64,000 nucleotides of DNA, taken from NCBI GenBank assembly GCA_030528455.1, contig JAUMYW010000003.1, positions 3,124 to 67,123 of the forward strand, written 5' to 3'. Source of the stretch: Neisseria sp. GTDB taxonomy: Bacteria > Pseudomonadota > Gammaproteobacteria > Burkholderiales > Neisseriaceae. Below are positions 52,133 through 62,168 of the stretch, in pieces. Numbering within the stretch: position 1 is the stretch's first letter; each line of letters begins with the position of its first letter. Both the position numbers and the translations under genes were made by a program. Under the pieces are notes generated by a model that saw only the letters and a list, made by a program, of their open reading frames with translations, was not told where the DNA came from and searched no databases.

Positions 52133-53485
52133 ATGAACATGACTTGGCAGAATTTATTGAGCCGTCGGCGTTTCCGTCCGAAAGACGGCGAAATCGTGCC
52201 GACCCGCACGCCGTCGAGCGCGGAAGGGGCGGACGCGCTGCGTACCGATTTCCACATCGATTACGACCGCGTGGTGTTTTCCGGCGCATTCCGCCGTTTG
52301 GGACGAAAAACGCAGGTACATCCGTTTGCCGAGCACGACCATACGCACAACCGCCTGACCCACAGCGTGGAAGTCGCCAGTGTGGGGCGCAGCTTGGGCA
52401 ACCGTGTCGGCGTGATGTTGCAGGCGGGCGGTTTTCTGCCGCCGGGCTATACAGCGGCCGACATCGGTTCGGTCGTTCAAGTCGCGTGTTTGGCGCACGA
52501 TTTGGGCAATCCTCCCTTCGGCCATACGGGCGAAGATGCTTTGCGCGACTGGTTCCGCGACCCGCAGCACGCCTATCTGCAGACGGCATTGAGCCAAGCC
52601 GAGCGCAACGACGTGCAGACTTACGAAGGCAACGCCCACAGCCTGCGGATTCTGGCCAACTTGGAAATGTACCGCAATAAAGGCGGTATGCGTCTGACGG
52701 CGGCAACGGTCGGCACGCTGCTCAAATATCCCTGGACCAGCAGTGATGTTTTGGGGCGTAAAAAATTCAATATTTATCAAACAGAACTGCCGTTTATGCG
52801 CCGAGTGGCCGACGAATTGGGCTTGATTGCACAAGGCGGCGACCGTTGGGCGCGGCATCCGCTGTCGTATCTGATGGAGGCGGCCGACGATATTTGCTAT
52901 GCCTTGCTGGATTTGGAAGATGCGGTGGAAATCGGCCTGATCGGCGATGCGGAAGTGGAAAGTATTTTGGCCGAGCTGACTTTCGGCGAGAGTCCTTTCG
53001 CATGGAGTGCGCAAAGCAGCCGCCAACGCTGCGCCATGCTGCGCGGCATGGCCATAGGCCGTGCGGTGGAAGATGTGGCGCAAACCTTTATAATGCATCA
53101 GAAAGATTTGTTAAACGGCAGTTTTCAGAGCAGGGATTTGCTGGCTTTGTGCAGTCCGCAAGTACAGAATACTCTGGAGAAAGCCAAAGAATTGGCCCGT
53201 ACGCGCGTGTTCCGCCACCAAAGCAAACTGCTGACGGAAATCGCAGCATTTCCGTGTTTGGGTTCGATTCTTTCTCTGTTTGTTTCTTCTGCCCACGGCC
53301 TGATTGTCGAAGGCAGTGTGAGTACGCGCCAATCGCTGGCTTTGGAACTGTTGAACGAAGACCCGGTTACGCGGGACGACAGCCTTTATCAGGCCTATAT
53401 GAAAATTCTGGATTTTGTCGGCGGCATGACTGACAACGCCGCTGCCAAAACAGCAAGGGAATTGTCGGGTACCGGCATGCTGTAA
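52133..53485 (+). CDS. dgt: Deoxyguanosinetriphosphate triphosphohydrolase
   Basis: FRRLGRKTQV, HNRLTHSVEV, LAHDLGNPPFGHTGE, EAADDICY, GMTD. Confidence 0.92.
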   Translation: MNMTWQNLLSRRRFRPKDGEIVPTRTPSSAEGADALRTDFHIDYDRVVFSGAFRRLGRKTQVHPFAEHDHTHNRLTHSVEVASVGRSLGNRVGVMLQAGGFLPPGYTAADIGSVVQVACLAHDLGNPPFGHTGEDALRDWFRDPQHAYLQTALSQAERNDVQTYEGNAHSLRILANLEMYRNKGGMRLTAATVGTLLKYPWTSSDVLGRKKFNIYQTELPFMRRVADELGLIAQGGDRWARHPLSYLMEAADDICYALLDLEDAVEIGLIGDAEVESILAELTFGESPFAWSAQSSRQRCAMLRGMAIGRAVEDVAQTFIMHQKDLLNGSFQSRDLLALCSPQVQNTLEKAKELARTRVFRHQSKLLTEIAAFPCLGSILSLFVSSAHGLIVEGSVSTRQSLALELLNEDPVTRDDSLYQAYMKILDFVGGMTDNAAAKTARELSGTGML

Positions 53486-53561
53486 ACGGCAGACCCGCAA
53501 TATATAAGCCGTCTGCTGCCCGGTTCCGACGCTGCAGACGGCTTGGCAAACCAAACCGATT

Positions 53562-53810
53562 ATGGAACAGAACGATTTTTTTGCCATTCCCAGCCCCTGT
53601 ATCGGCGTGTGTCAAGTGAACAACAAGGGCTATTGCAAGGGTTGTCTGCGAAGCCGCGAGGAGCGTCTGCACTGGCTCAATATGAGCGACAGCCAGAAGC
53701 ACGATGTCATGCGTCTGCTGGCCATGCGCCGCAAAAAAATCATGCAGGCCAAATGGGATAAAGAAACCGACTTCGGCGAAATGCCCGAACAGGAGAGTTT
53801 GGATTTCTAG
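53562..53810 (+). CDS. DUF1289-family Cys-rich small protein
   Basis: PSPCIGVC...GYCKGCLRSREERLHW. Confidence 0.85.
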   Translation: MEQNDFFAIPSPCIGVCQVNNKGYCKGCLRSREERLHWLNMSDSQKHDVMRLLAMRRKKIMQAKWDKETDFGEMPEQESLDF

Positions 53811-53817
53811 GGCATAA

Positions 53818-54525
53818 ATGAGCGCAATCATGATGTTTCTGCGAAGATTTCTGAGTAAATTATTTGATTTCAAAAGACGGTTTTTATCCGGTCATGTTCC
53901 GGTATCAACTGAACTATTCAATGAGTCTCAGCCGGAATTATCCGCCAATCCGCCCATTTCGCCTCCAACAGTCCCGTTGGCAGCATCTTCCGGTGAAACA
54001 ATGGGTGAAAGCTTGCCGGAGTCGGTAAGCGAACGATTGATTGAACTGTCTGAAGGAAGGACGACAGACAAGCTTGTCGCCAATAGAGTGCAGGATGAAG
54101 GGGCAAATAATAGTGATTTGCTTGATGATAAGAGTGTTACCGAGCTTGTAACGTCTGCTCAAGCAGGATTTGCTCCGGCACAATTTGATTTGGCCGTGAT
54201 GTATGATTACGGATTATACGTAGAAGAAAATGCGGAATTGGCGTTTGATTGGTATCGGAAAGCAGCACAACAGGGATTATCCGAAGCTCAAAATGCTGTT
54301 GCTGTGATGTATGATTCCGGACGAGGGGTGGCGAGAAATACACGGGAAGCATTAAGTTGGTATGAGTTAGCCGTGGAAAATGGCAATTAGGATGCGCGGG
54401 CAAATTTGGCAGAGTTTCGTTTAAGTGAGAAAAACAAATTGGCTGTCGGAGGAGAAATGTTGAGACGGTATCGCAAACGTTTGAGTCGGCGGGCGAAAGC
54501 CATTATGTGCCCAATTACAGGTTGA
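53818..54525 (+). pseudogene. Sel1-repeat protein interrupted by an in-frame TAG at 54388-54390
   Basis: AQFDLAVMYDYG...WYRKAAQQG and AQNAVAVMY...WYELAVENGN*DARANLA. The Sel1 pattern continues past the stop and the frame stays open to TGA at 54523-54525. Confidence 0.6.
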
Positions 54526-54536
54526 TAGGTGTTTTG

Positions 54537-54577
54537 ATGGCCGTCTGAATCATTGTGAGATTCAGACGGCCATTTTT
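54537..54577. terminator. Canonical-DUS inverted-repeat terminator between the Sel1 gene and yebC
   Basis: ATGGCCGTCTGAATC / GATTCAGACGGCCAT followed by a T-run. Confidence 0.85.
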
Positions 54578-54593
54578 AACGGACGGGCACGAG

Positions 54594-55319
54594 TCAGTCA
54601 AACTGCAAAACGGCGGAAGTGTAAACGTTCTGAACGTCGTCCAAATCTTCCAGAGCATCCATCAGTTTCTGCATTTTCACCGCATCTTCGCCGCTTAAAA
54701 CCGTTTCGTTTTGCGCGCGCATGGTTACGTCGCCGTCTTGTGAGGAGAAGCCCGCCGCTTCCAGCGCGGCTTTGATGCCCGCCCAGTCGTTGGGGGCGGT
54801 AATGACTTCGATAATGCCTTCGTCGTCCACAATCACATCTTCCGCACCGGCTTCCAAAGCCGCTTCCATCAGCGCGTCTTCATCGGCATCGGTGTACACC
54901 AGATAGCCTTGGTGTACGAAGTTGAAGGCAACGCAGCCGTCCGTGCCGAGATTGCCGCCGTTTTTATTGAAGGCATGGCGCACGTCGGCGACGGTACGGG
55001 TTTTGTTGTCGGTCATGCAGTCCACCATCAGAGCCGCGCCGCCGATGCCGTAGCCTTCGTAGCGCAGCTCCACGTAGTCTACGCCTTCCAGATTGCCCGT
55101 GCCTTTGTCGATGGCGCGTTGGACGTTGTCTTTGGGCATATTGGCATCCCAGGCTTTGTCCATTGCCAGACGCAGACGGGGGTTGGCCGAAGGGTCGCCG
55201 CCGCCGAGTTTGGCGGCAACGGTGATTTCTTTAATCAGTTTGGTGAAAATTTTGCCGCGTTTGGCATCAACGCGGGCTTTTTTGTGCTGGATATTCGCCC
55301 ACTTGCTATGGCCTGCCAT
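54594..55319 (-). CDS. yebC: YebC/PmpR family protein
   Basis: [35 protein letters not shown]. Confidence 0.95.
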   Translation of the reverse strand: MAGHSKWANIQHKKARVDAKRGKIFTKLIKEITVAAKLGGGDPSANPRLRLAMDKAWDANMPKDNVQRAIDKGTGNLEGVDYVELRYEGYGIGGAALMVDCMTDNKTRTVADVRHAFNKNGGNLGTDGCVAFNFVHQGYLVYTDADEDALMEAALEAGAEDVIVDDEGIIEVITAPNDWAGIKAALEAAGFSSQDGDVTMRAQNETVLSGEDAVKMQKLMDALEDLDDVQNVYTSAVLQFD

Positions 55320-55466
55320 GATTTTTCCTTGAATAAAACTGAAACAAAAACGAAGAATTTTAGCATATCCGCTGCGGCTGTTGTGCAGATGAAGGAGTAT
55401 GCCGTCTGCAGCCTGCCGATTTTCCGATAAAAGGCAGCGCACTATTCAGGCTGCAGACGGCCGGCC

Positions 55467-56918
55467 TCAGAATTGTTTGCCCAATTCGACGAACACACGC
55501 TGTTTCTGATGAAGGTAGAGCGGATGGTTGCCTTTGTTTTTGTGATACGACCATGTCAGGCGCGGTGTGATGCCGTAAAAATGGACGGCGCGGTGCCAGA
55601 CGGAAACTTGCGCGCTGTATTCCTTGTTGCGTTGGACGATGTTGAAAAAGTTGATGCCCTGATATCGGCGTTGGCCGTAGCCGAGGTTCAGCCGTGTGGA
55701 CAAGCCGAGCGGCCATTCCTGTCCCCAACCTGCGCGAATGCCGCGGCGGTTGTAGGCATCATCGTCGCTGCGGGTTGCGGTTTTGCTGCCGTCGATGCCG
55801 GCAAACCAGTATTGTTTGGCGTTCGGCGTATAATACAGCAGGGCGGAGGCGGAAAGACTGTGTCCGTTCAGATGCGTGCGCGTGCGGTAGCGTTGGCGGG
55901 CATATTCGGCAGAAAGGCGGCTTTGCCAGTTTGCCGAAAAGCGGTAGCTCCAGTCGGCGGACAATCCGGTGTTGTGCGAAAAACGTTTCATATTCTGTCC
56001 GTCTTTGCGGCCGCCCGCATACCAGGACTGTTCGGCAAATGGCATTAGAGAGACGGTGTGTCGTGCGTCTTGGAAACCGCCGCCCGCACTTAGGCGCAGC
56101 GAAGCTTCGCTGTATTTTTTATTGTCCCAATAATAGCGCGTGCTGCCGTCTGCACGGGCTTCGGCAAAGAAACCGTGCGGCAGGATGTGCCGTTTGCCGA
56201 TACCCGCGCTCAGACCGATACCTTGTGCGGATTCGGCGGCAGGAGCAGTAAAACCGCCGCCCAAATTGCTGTTTGCGGGCGCATTGTTGATGTTGGGGTC
56301 GTGCAGATACGATACGCCGCCGTAAATCTGCCAGCGGCTTTGGTTGCGTATGGCTGCCAGATAGCGGTCGAGCAGGGCGGCGATGTCGGAGGGAAGGTCT
56401 TTTTCGCTGCGGAGTTTTTCAAACTGCTGTCCGGCCGCCTCCCATTCGTTGTTTTCAAACAGGGCAAGTGCCAGTTGGAAACGCAAGGGAAGGAGTTCGG
56501 AATGTGCGGCGGCAAGTTTGCGGTAACGGCGTACGGCTTCGCGAGGACGGTTTTGCGAACGGGCTGCGGCGGCTTCCGCCCATTCTAATGTGTCGGCATC
56601 GCGCTGCTCTTCGGGCAGATTGCGGTAAAACGGCAGCAGTTCGGCGGCGTTACCGGCATGATTGTAGAGCAGGGCGGCATTGAGTGCGCGTTTGATCAAA
56701 TCCGGACGCTGCTGCAATTCGCTGTCGTTCAGTGCGACTGTTCCAGCCGGAGGGGAGGGGATATCTGCAGACGGCAAAGGCGCGGGTACGGATTCGTACA
56801 AGGCAGGATAATCCTGTATGCGCCGGTCGTCCAAATGATGATGCAGGTGTTTGTTTTCTGCTGCCGCGCTGCCGACGTATGCGGCGGCTGCTAAGAATAA
56901 AAAGCTGTGTTTGAACAT
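55467..56918 (-). CDS. Surface lipoprotein assembly modifier (Slam, DUF560)
   Basis: Signal peptide, TPR-like N-domain (LRFQLALALFENN...F), DPNINNAP, ITPRLTW, C-terminal VFVELGKQF; downstream of tbpBA. Confidence 0.88.
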   Translation of the reverse strand: MFKHSFLFLAAAAYVGSAAAENKHLHHHLDDRRIQDYPALYESVPAPLPSADIPSPPAGTVALNDSELQQRPDLIKRALNAALLYNHAGNAAELLPFYRNLPEEQRDADTLEWAEAAAARSQNRPREAVRRYRKLAAAHSELLPLRFQLALALFENNEWEAAGQQFEKLRSEKDLPSDIAALLDRYLAAIRNQSRWQIYGGVSYLHDPNINNAPANSNLGGGFTAPAAESAQGIGLSAGIGKRHILPHGFFAEARADGSTRYYWDNKKYSEASLRLSAGGGFQDARHTVSLMPFAEQSWYAGGRKDGQNMKRFSHNTGLSADWSYRFSANWQSRLSAEYARQRYRTRTHLNGHSLSASALLYYTPNAKQYWFAGIDGSKTATRSDDDAYNRRGIRAGWGQEWPLGLSTRLNLGYGQRRYQGINFFNIVQRNKEYSAQVSVWHRAVHFYGITPRLTWSYHKNKGNHPLYLHQKQRVFVELGKQF

Positions 56919-56981
56919 ACGGGAGTCGGTTCGGGAAAAACGGTAGGATAAGAGAAACGGAAAGACAGGATTTCCGTATTG

Positions 56982-57028
56982 GAAACGAATCCGCACCGGC
57001 ACGGACAATGTGCCGGTGCGTTTCGTTT
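56982..57028. other. Strong intercistronic stem-loop between tbpA and slam
   Basis: CGCACCGGCAC-GGACAAT-GTGCCGGTGCG with imperfect flanking AAACGAA/TTCGTTT. Confidence 0.7.
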
Positions 57029-57079
57029 TATGTTGTCTGAAAATACGGTTTCAGGAAGTCAGCTGCCTTTAACCTGAAA

Positions 57080-59848
57080 TCAGAATTTCATTTCCAGAGA
57101 AACGGTTACGTTTCTGCCCGGTGCGGCATAGCGGGTGTAATCGCCGACACTGCGTTGGCGGTTAACCGCGCCGATTGCGGATTGGCGCACGCTTTCCCAC
57201 TGAGCGTAACGGCGGTTGGCAAGATTGTAGATGCCGCCGCGCAGGGTCAGCTTGTCTTTCAGATTGACATAGCCGCTGATGTCGAAAATATACCATGCTT
57301 TGGTGGCTTTTTTCGTTGCCGACGTGTTACGGGTAATGCCCGATCTGCATTCGCCCTGCAATTCGTCCGGATTTTTCGCTTTCGAATAAGTCATCATGCC
57401 GTTCACGCCCCATTTGCCGCCAGGCGCATCGTAGCCCAATCCCAAAACGTAACGCGAAGGCTGGATGGTATCCAGCAGCAGCGAGCATGAATGCTGGAAG
57501 TAAGGCTTGGTCAGAGAGGCTTTTTTCAGTTTGACATGACTGTATGCCAATGTGCTGTGCAGACCGTCAGGCAAAACTTCGGAAACGCCGTTCCAGTCGA
57601 TTTTGCCGATGAGATTGATACCGTCTGTCGAGGCATTGTACATATTGCGGTAGCCGCGGGCTTTTTCGCCGTCGCTCAAACCTTCAATATTCGGGTCGAT
57701 ATGGGTCAGACCAATCAGGTTTTTGTAACGGTTGCGGAAATAGCTGGCTTCCAGATAGCCGAACGCACCTTTCAGATGCACGCCGAATTCGTTGTTCAGA
57801 GCCTTTTCGGATTTGAACTTGCCGACATAATGGTCGTTATCGTTCCGGCCTTTTTCATAACCTTCGATGCGGTAGCCGAACAGTTCTTGGAAGCTCGGTG
57901 TGCGGAAACCGTCCGAAATGCGGTGGGAAAAGCTCAGATAAGGCGTGGCTTTGAAAACCAAACCGCTGTTCCAGGAAAAGTTTTTAAAGCTGCCGGACGC
58001 AGTCCAAGGATCGGACGCGGTCATTTTGTGGTAGTCGTAGCGAAGGCCGATGCCCCAATCGAAGTATTGGCCCAACTTCATATGGTCGCGCAGGCTGAGG
58101 TAATGGTTCCAACCTTTGATTTTGCGGGTGTGGCAGTTATAAACGCTGATGTTGTTGCTGTAATCGCATAAGTCGAAGGTGTGGATTTTGCGGTTGTCGA
58201 AACGGTAAACGTAAGGGTTGTTTTTGGTGTAGTTGCCGCTGATTAGCTCGACATCCTGCTGTGTGTTTTCGGCATAGATGTCTTTGCGCTGCAAGACGGA
58301 TTGGAAACGGTTTGAGCCGATGTCGAACGACAATTTGTGTTCCGAACCGCCCAGTGATAGTTTTTTCCCGCCGTTAATGTGCAGAAGCAGGTGTTTTTCG
58401 CCGTAAATCGAGCGTTCCGACTGGTAGGCCGACCAAGGTTTGTTCAAATCGGCACGGCAGTTTTTATCCACGGTCGGATACACCGAGCAATAATGGTCGT
58501 GCCGCAGGGTGTCGAGCGTGATGGTTTGACGGTCGATGCCGATTCGCAGTTGGTCTGCCAAGGTGTTTTTCTCGGGATTGTCGTAACGGTATGTCAGACC
58601 CTGGCGGTTTTTCTTGTGCTGTTCGTCGAAATAACGCAGGCGGGAGTAGCCTAATCCGATGTAGCGCAGGCTGTCGTCTGCGCCGTGCCGGACGGTCAGG
58701 CCGTTGTCGATATTGTCGCCGTATGCGTATACGCCTTTGGATTTGGTGTAGGCGTTGAAGAAGCTGCGGTTGCTGTTGCTCCAATATTGTTCGAAGTCCA
58801 TATCCCGTATGTCGTAACGTTGGCGGGTGTCTTCCAAAACGGCACCGAGGTAATGGTGCGGTGCGATGCGGTAGCCGCCTTTGAAGAGCCATGAGCGGCT
58901 TTCGGATTCCATCGGATTGGGCAGGGCGCGTTGGCTGCCGGTATAGTGTTCGGCGGACACTTCTTCGGTTTTCAGACGGCCTGAGTTTCCGGATACGGTC
59001 GAGTATTGGCGGATTTTGTCGCAGTTTGCGGTATCTGTGCAGTCTCCTTCCAAGACAATCCAGCCGTTTTTGCTGTCGGGCCCGTCTGTTTCGCCGCTGA
59101 TGCGCTGTTGAATCTGGGTGTGTTTGCCGGCATGTTTGTGGGCTTGGATTTCGCTGCCTCGGCGGTGGGTGAAGACGGCCAAGCCGTCAAAACCGCCGAT
59201 GCGGCCTGCGGCGGCAAGCGAGTGGGTTTGCTGCCGGTTTTTGCTGCTGTATGCGTTTTTGGTACGGATGCCCCAGTCGCGGTTTTCTGCGATGATGTCG
59301 TTTGGCTCTTTGGTGCGGAAAACCAATGAGCCGCCTAAGGAGCCGTTGCCTTGTTCGGCGGAATTGGCTCCTTTGTTGATTTCGATCGATGTGATGTTTT
59401 CGTATTCGATTTCGTTGATGGCACCGCTGCTGGCCGATGTTTTATCCACTGTGTACGATTGGATTTGCGGCAGGCCGTCCACATTCAGGGCAACGCGGTT
59501 TCTGTCCATGCCTCGGATGGAGTAGCCGCTGCTGGCACCGCGTCCCTGTTCGACAACGGCAATGCCCGGGTCGTAGCGTGTCAGGTCGCGGATACCGAGA
59601 ACCTGTTCTTTGTCGAGGCCGTCTGAATTTTTGACGACTTTGCCCAAGCCGGTGATTTCGCTGTCTTTGCGTGTTGCCGGTTTTTTTGCAATAACTTTGA
59701 CCGATTCCAATTCGACGTTTTGCGTATTTTGTCTGCCGTTTGCAGCCTGTTCCGCATAGGCATTGGACACAGACAGAGGTAAAGCAAGCAATGCAGAGGC
59801 GATTGCATTCAATCGGAACGGACGCAGTTGAGTTTGTTTGGTGTTCAT
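57080..59848 (-). CDS. tbpA: Transferrin/lactoferrin-family TonB-dependent receptor, TbpA-like
   Basis: EITGLGKVVK...EQVLGIRDLTRYDPGIAVVEQGRGASSGYSIRGMD; C-terminus RYAAPGRNVTVSLEMKF. LbpA is not excluded. Confidence 0.85.
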   Translation of the reverse strand: MNTKQTQLRPFRLNAIASALLALPLSVSNAYAEQAANGRQNTQNVELESVKVIAKKPATRKDSEITGLGKVVKNSDGLDKEQVLGIRDLTRYDPGIAVVEQGRGASSGYSIRGMDRNRVALNVDGLPQIQSYTVDKTSASSGAINEIEYENITSIEINKGANSAEQGNGSLGGSLVFRTKEPNDIIAENRDWGIRTKNAYSSKNRQQTHSLAAAGRIGGFDGLAVFTHRRGSEIQAHKHAGKHTQIQQRISGETDGPDSKNGWIVLEGDCTDTANCDKIRQYSTVSGNSGRLKTEEVSAEHYTGSQRALPNPMESESRSWLFKGGYRIAPHHYLGAVLEDTRQRYDIRDMDFEQYWSNSNRSFFNAYTKSKGVYAYGDNIDNGLTVRHGADDSLRYIGLGYSRLRYFDEQHKKNRQGLTYRYDNPEKNTLADQLRIGIDRQTITLDTLRHDHYCSVYPTVDKNCRADLNKPWSAYQSERSIYGEKHLLLHINGGKKLSLGGSEHKLSFDIGSNRFQSVLQRKDIYAENTQQDVELISGNYTKNNPYVYRFDNRKIHTFDLCDYSNNISVYNCHTRKIKGWNHYLSLRDHMKLGQYFDWGIGLRYDYHKMTASDPWTASGSFKNFSWNSGLVFKATPYLSFSHRISDGFRTPSFQELFGYRIEGYEKGRNDNDHYVGKFKSEKALNNEFGVHLKGAFGYLEASYFRNRYKNLIGLTHIDPNIEGLSDGEKARGYRNMYNASTDGINLIGKIDWNGVSEVLPDGLHSTLAYSHVKLKKASLTKPYFQHSCSLLLDTIQPSRYVLGLGYDAPGGKWGVNGMMTYSKAKNPDELQGECRSGITRNTSATKKATKAWYIFDISGYVNLKDKLTLRGGIYNLANRRYAQWESVRQSAIGAVNRQRSVGDYTRYAAPGRNVTVSLEMKF

Positions 59849-59873
59849 TATGTTTTCCGTGGTATTCGTCTGA

Positions 59874-61691
59874 TTAAGGTTTGAGAACTTGGCGTTTGGC
59901 TCCGAAACTGCCGCCGACTTGGTCCTGACCGTCCTGTCTGCTGTGGAATACGCCGCCCAATTCGGCTGCATCAGGACCGTAGAAACCGCCTTGTACCTGT
60001 GCGTTCAGATGAACGCGGGTTTCCTGCCCCGTGCTGCCCGGATCAAAGACGAAGCCTTGGGTGCCTGTTTTGGCAGTGCCGCTGAAACCGTTGCCTTCTA
60101 AGCGGGCATCGATGTGCAGGCTCGGCTGCGGACGATTGTCGGCAGTCAGTGTTCCGGTCAGGGTTTTTCCTGCAAAATCGACATCGAATACGGCACGGTT
60201 GCCGCCTTCTCGGTTGTCGGGCGAGTTGCTCCAAACGTGGCCGTTGCTGCTCAGAATGTGTGCCTGCCAGCTGCCTTGGTAACGCACTTCGCCTGATACG
60301 GGGATTTTTGCCGAAGGCGTGCGTTCGCCTTGCAGGAAGTAGAAAGTGTCGCCCTTGCTGCCGTTGTCGGTTGTCTGGTAGGAACCGAATTTCAGATAGT
60401 CGGTATTGCTGCAGCAGGCGGCAATCAGAATGCTGCGGTTATCGCCCAAATCGTGGGTGCTGCTGAGGGCAAACGGCGTATCGCTGCCGTTTGCAGACGG
60501 CATCAGGGGGAAGAGTTTGCCGTTTACGAATAATTGCCGTGCATCGCCGAAATTATCACCGTGAGAAATTTCCATGGTGTTGCTGTTGAAACGGAAATCG
60601 TCGATGATTTTTTCAGACGGCATATCGGCGGCATCGGGGCGTTTGGCGGCGAATACGCCGAACAGAGAATTGTCTTCGGCCAGGAATTTGCCTGCCATTT
60701 CTTCTGCATTCGGGCCGAAGAAGCCGCCTTCCAAGTCGGCATTTTTTCCGAAATAAGGATCGCTGGTGTCTTGGGCGGTTGCCTTGCCCTGTATGCGGTT
60801 GCCTTTCAGTTTGGCCTCGACGGCATAGCGTTTGGTACGGATTTGGTCTTGCCCCGGACGTACGTTATTGTTTTTATACAGGCTGCCGGATACGGTTTTG
60901 TCGGCGAAGTTCACGGTAAACTCGCTGGAATGGCCGACTTCGCCTTTGCTTGCATCAGTGTTCATCGAATCGACTTCGTTGAAAGACGTTGCACCGTACC
61001 AGTTGCCGGCATTGGCCGCCGTACCTTTGAACTGGCCGCTGTTGCTGCGGTTCGGACGGCGTTCCAAGGCATCGGTAACGAAGTCCCAAGTACCTTTATA
61101 TTGGACGCTTTGTGCGGTCGGCAGACTTTGGGAAGGCATGATGCCCTGGTAATACACATAACCGATTTGGCCGGCTAGGATTTTTCGGGTAATGCCTTCG
61201 CCGAAATTGCCGTCTGTAAATTTCAAGCCGACATCGGGATCCATCACCCAGCCGGAACGCACATAGCGCATATTGCGTTTGCGGTGGTCATCGACCAATC
61301 CGTCGTGGGAGTGTGCCAGATATCCGGTGAAAGAAGGGTGTTTGCGGATTTCGTCAGTATGGGGAATGACGATTTCTCCGTTGCTGCCGACAAGGGGAAC
61401 CGTAGCAAGGAGGTTGTCGGTTTCGATTTTCAAATGCGGTTCGTTCAGTGTCTGTTTGTTAATGCCGATGGCACGGCGGGGAATGGCGGCGGATACGCCC
61501 AAACCCGGCTGCATGAAGGCGGAAGTTTCTTCTTCCGTGCGCGGTTCGGTTTTTTCGTCTTGATATTTCGGCTGGTTTTGCTGTTTGTTGTCGGTATGGA
61601 CATCGTTCAGGCCGAAATCCCCTTTGTTGGTGGCGCAGGCCGCCATCAACAATGACAATGATGCGGCCAGGGCGAATGATCTGCTGCTCAT
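59874..61691 (-). CDS. tbpB: Bilobed transferrin-binding lipoprotein, TbpB-like
   Basis: Lipobox MAAC; YKGTWDFVTDA, SEFTVNF, LEGGFFGPNAEE, CCSNTDYLKFG, FLQGERT, GGFYGPDAAELGG, FGAKRQ; no LbpB acidic tracts. Confidence 0.85.
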   Translation of the reverse strand: MSSRSFALAASLSLLMAACATNKGDFGLNDVHTDNKQQNQPKYQDEKTEPRTEEETSAFMQPGLGVSAAIPRRAIGINKQTLNEPHLKIETDNLLATVPLVGSNGEIVIPHTDEIRKHPSFTGYLAHSHDGLVDDHRKRNMRYVRSGWVMDPDVGLKFTDGNFGEGITRKILAGQIGYVYYQGIMPSQSLPTAQSVQYKGTWDFVTDALERRPNRSNSGQFKGTAANAGNWYGATSFNEVDSMNTDASKGEVGHSSEFTVNFADKTVSGSLYKNNNVRPGQDQIRTKRYAVEAKLKGNRIQGKATAQDTSDPYFGKNADLEGGFFGPNAEEMAGKFLAEDNSLFGVFAAKRPDAADMPSEKIIDDFRFNSNTMEISHGDNFGDARQLFVNGKLFPLMPSANGSDTPFALSSTHDLGDNRSILIAACCSNTDYLKFGSYQTTDNGSKGDTFYFLQGERTPSAKIPVSGEVRYQGSWQAHILSSNGHVWSNSPDNREGGNRAVFDVDFAGKTLTGTLTADNRPQPSLHIDARLEGNGFSGTAKTGTQGFVFDPGSTGQETRVHLNAQVQGGFYGPDAAELGGVFHSRQDGQDQVGGSFGAKRQVLKP

Positions 61692-61704
61692 TTTGATACC
61701 TTAA

Positions 61705-61777
61705 TCAAATAATAATAGAAATGGTTATTAATTATAATCATGTTTTTTCTTAATGTCAGATAGGAATGTTTATCAAT
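61705..61777 (-). promoter_or_regulatory. tbpB promoter with Fur-box-like AT-rich elements
   Basis: Minus strand CTGACA (61759-61754) - 17 bp - TATAAT (61736-61731); AATAATAGAAATGGTTATT (61711-61729) matches about 12/19 of the Fur consensus. Confidence 0.6.
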
Positions 61778-62168
61778 TTTTTACACAATTTGATTTTTTT
61801 AGACATTTTTTGGGTTCGTAGAGGGCGAGATTAAGGTGGAATCTTTTAAAGCCGCAGTGTTGTAGGGGTAGCAGGAGAGGGGCAGTATAGGAGAGGCGTG
61901 TTGTTTTTCGAGGAGATGTTTCGTGCGGCCGGCTGCTTTTATGTCGTCGGGAGAAGTTTTTGTTCGGATACGGACGGGAACGGATTGCAGTCAGGCTTTT
62001 TGATTGGTCGGTACGGAGATTCGGTAAATCGGGAACGGGTTTGGAAACAGTTGTCCGTATTGCCTGTATTGGTTACGTTGCAATCCGGAATGTGGAGGGG
62101 CGGTTTTTGATGCAGAGGGCAGTACGGTTCGACTGCCGTCTGCAGCTTTAAAGTAGGAGGGCGGCGGC

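Noticed and set aside
52133-53485. dGTPase as an antiphage defence gene
   Set aside because: It sits in housekeeping context after rho, has host-like composition and an internal DUS, and has no defence or mobile neighbours.
61960-62090. Two interleaved short inverted repeats (ATACGGAC/GTCCGTAT and CGGATTGCA/TGCAATCCG) between ppk1 and tbpB
   Set aside because: 8-9 bp matches can arise by chance; no promoter, terminator or known RNA motif supports a structured RNA.
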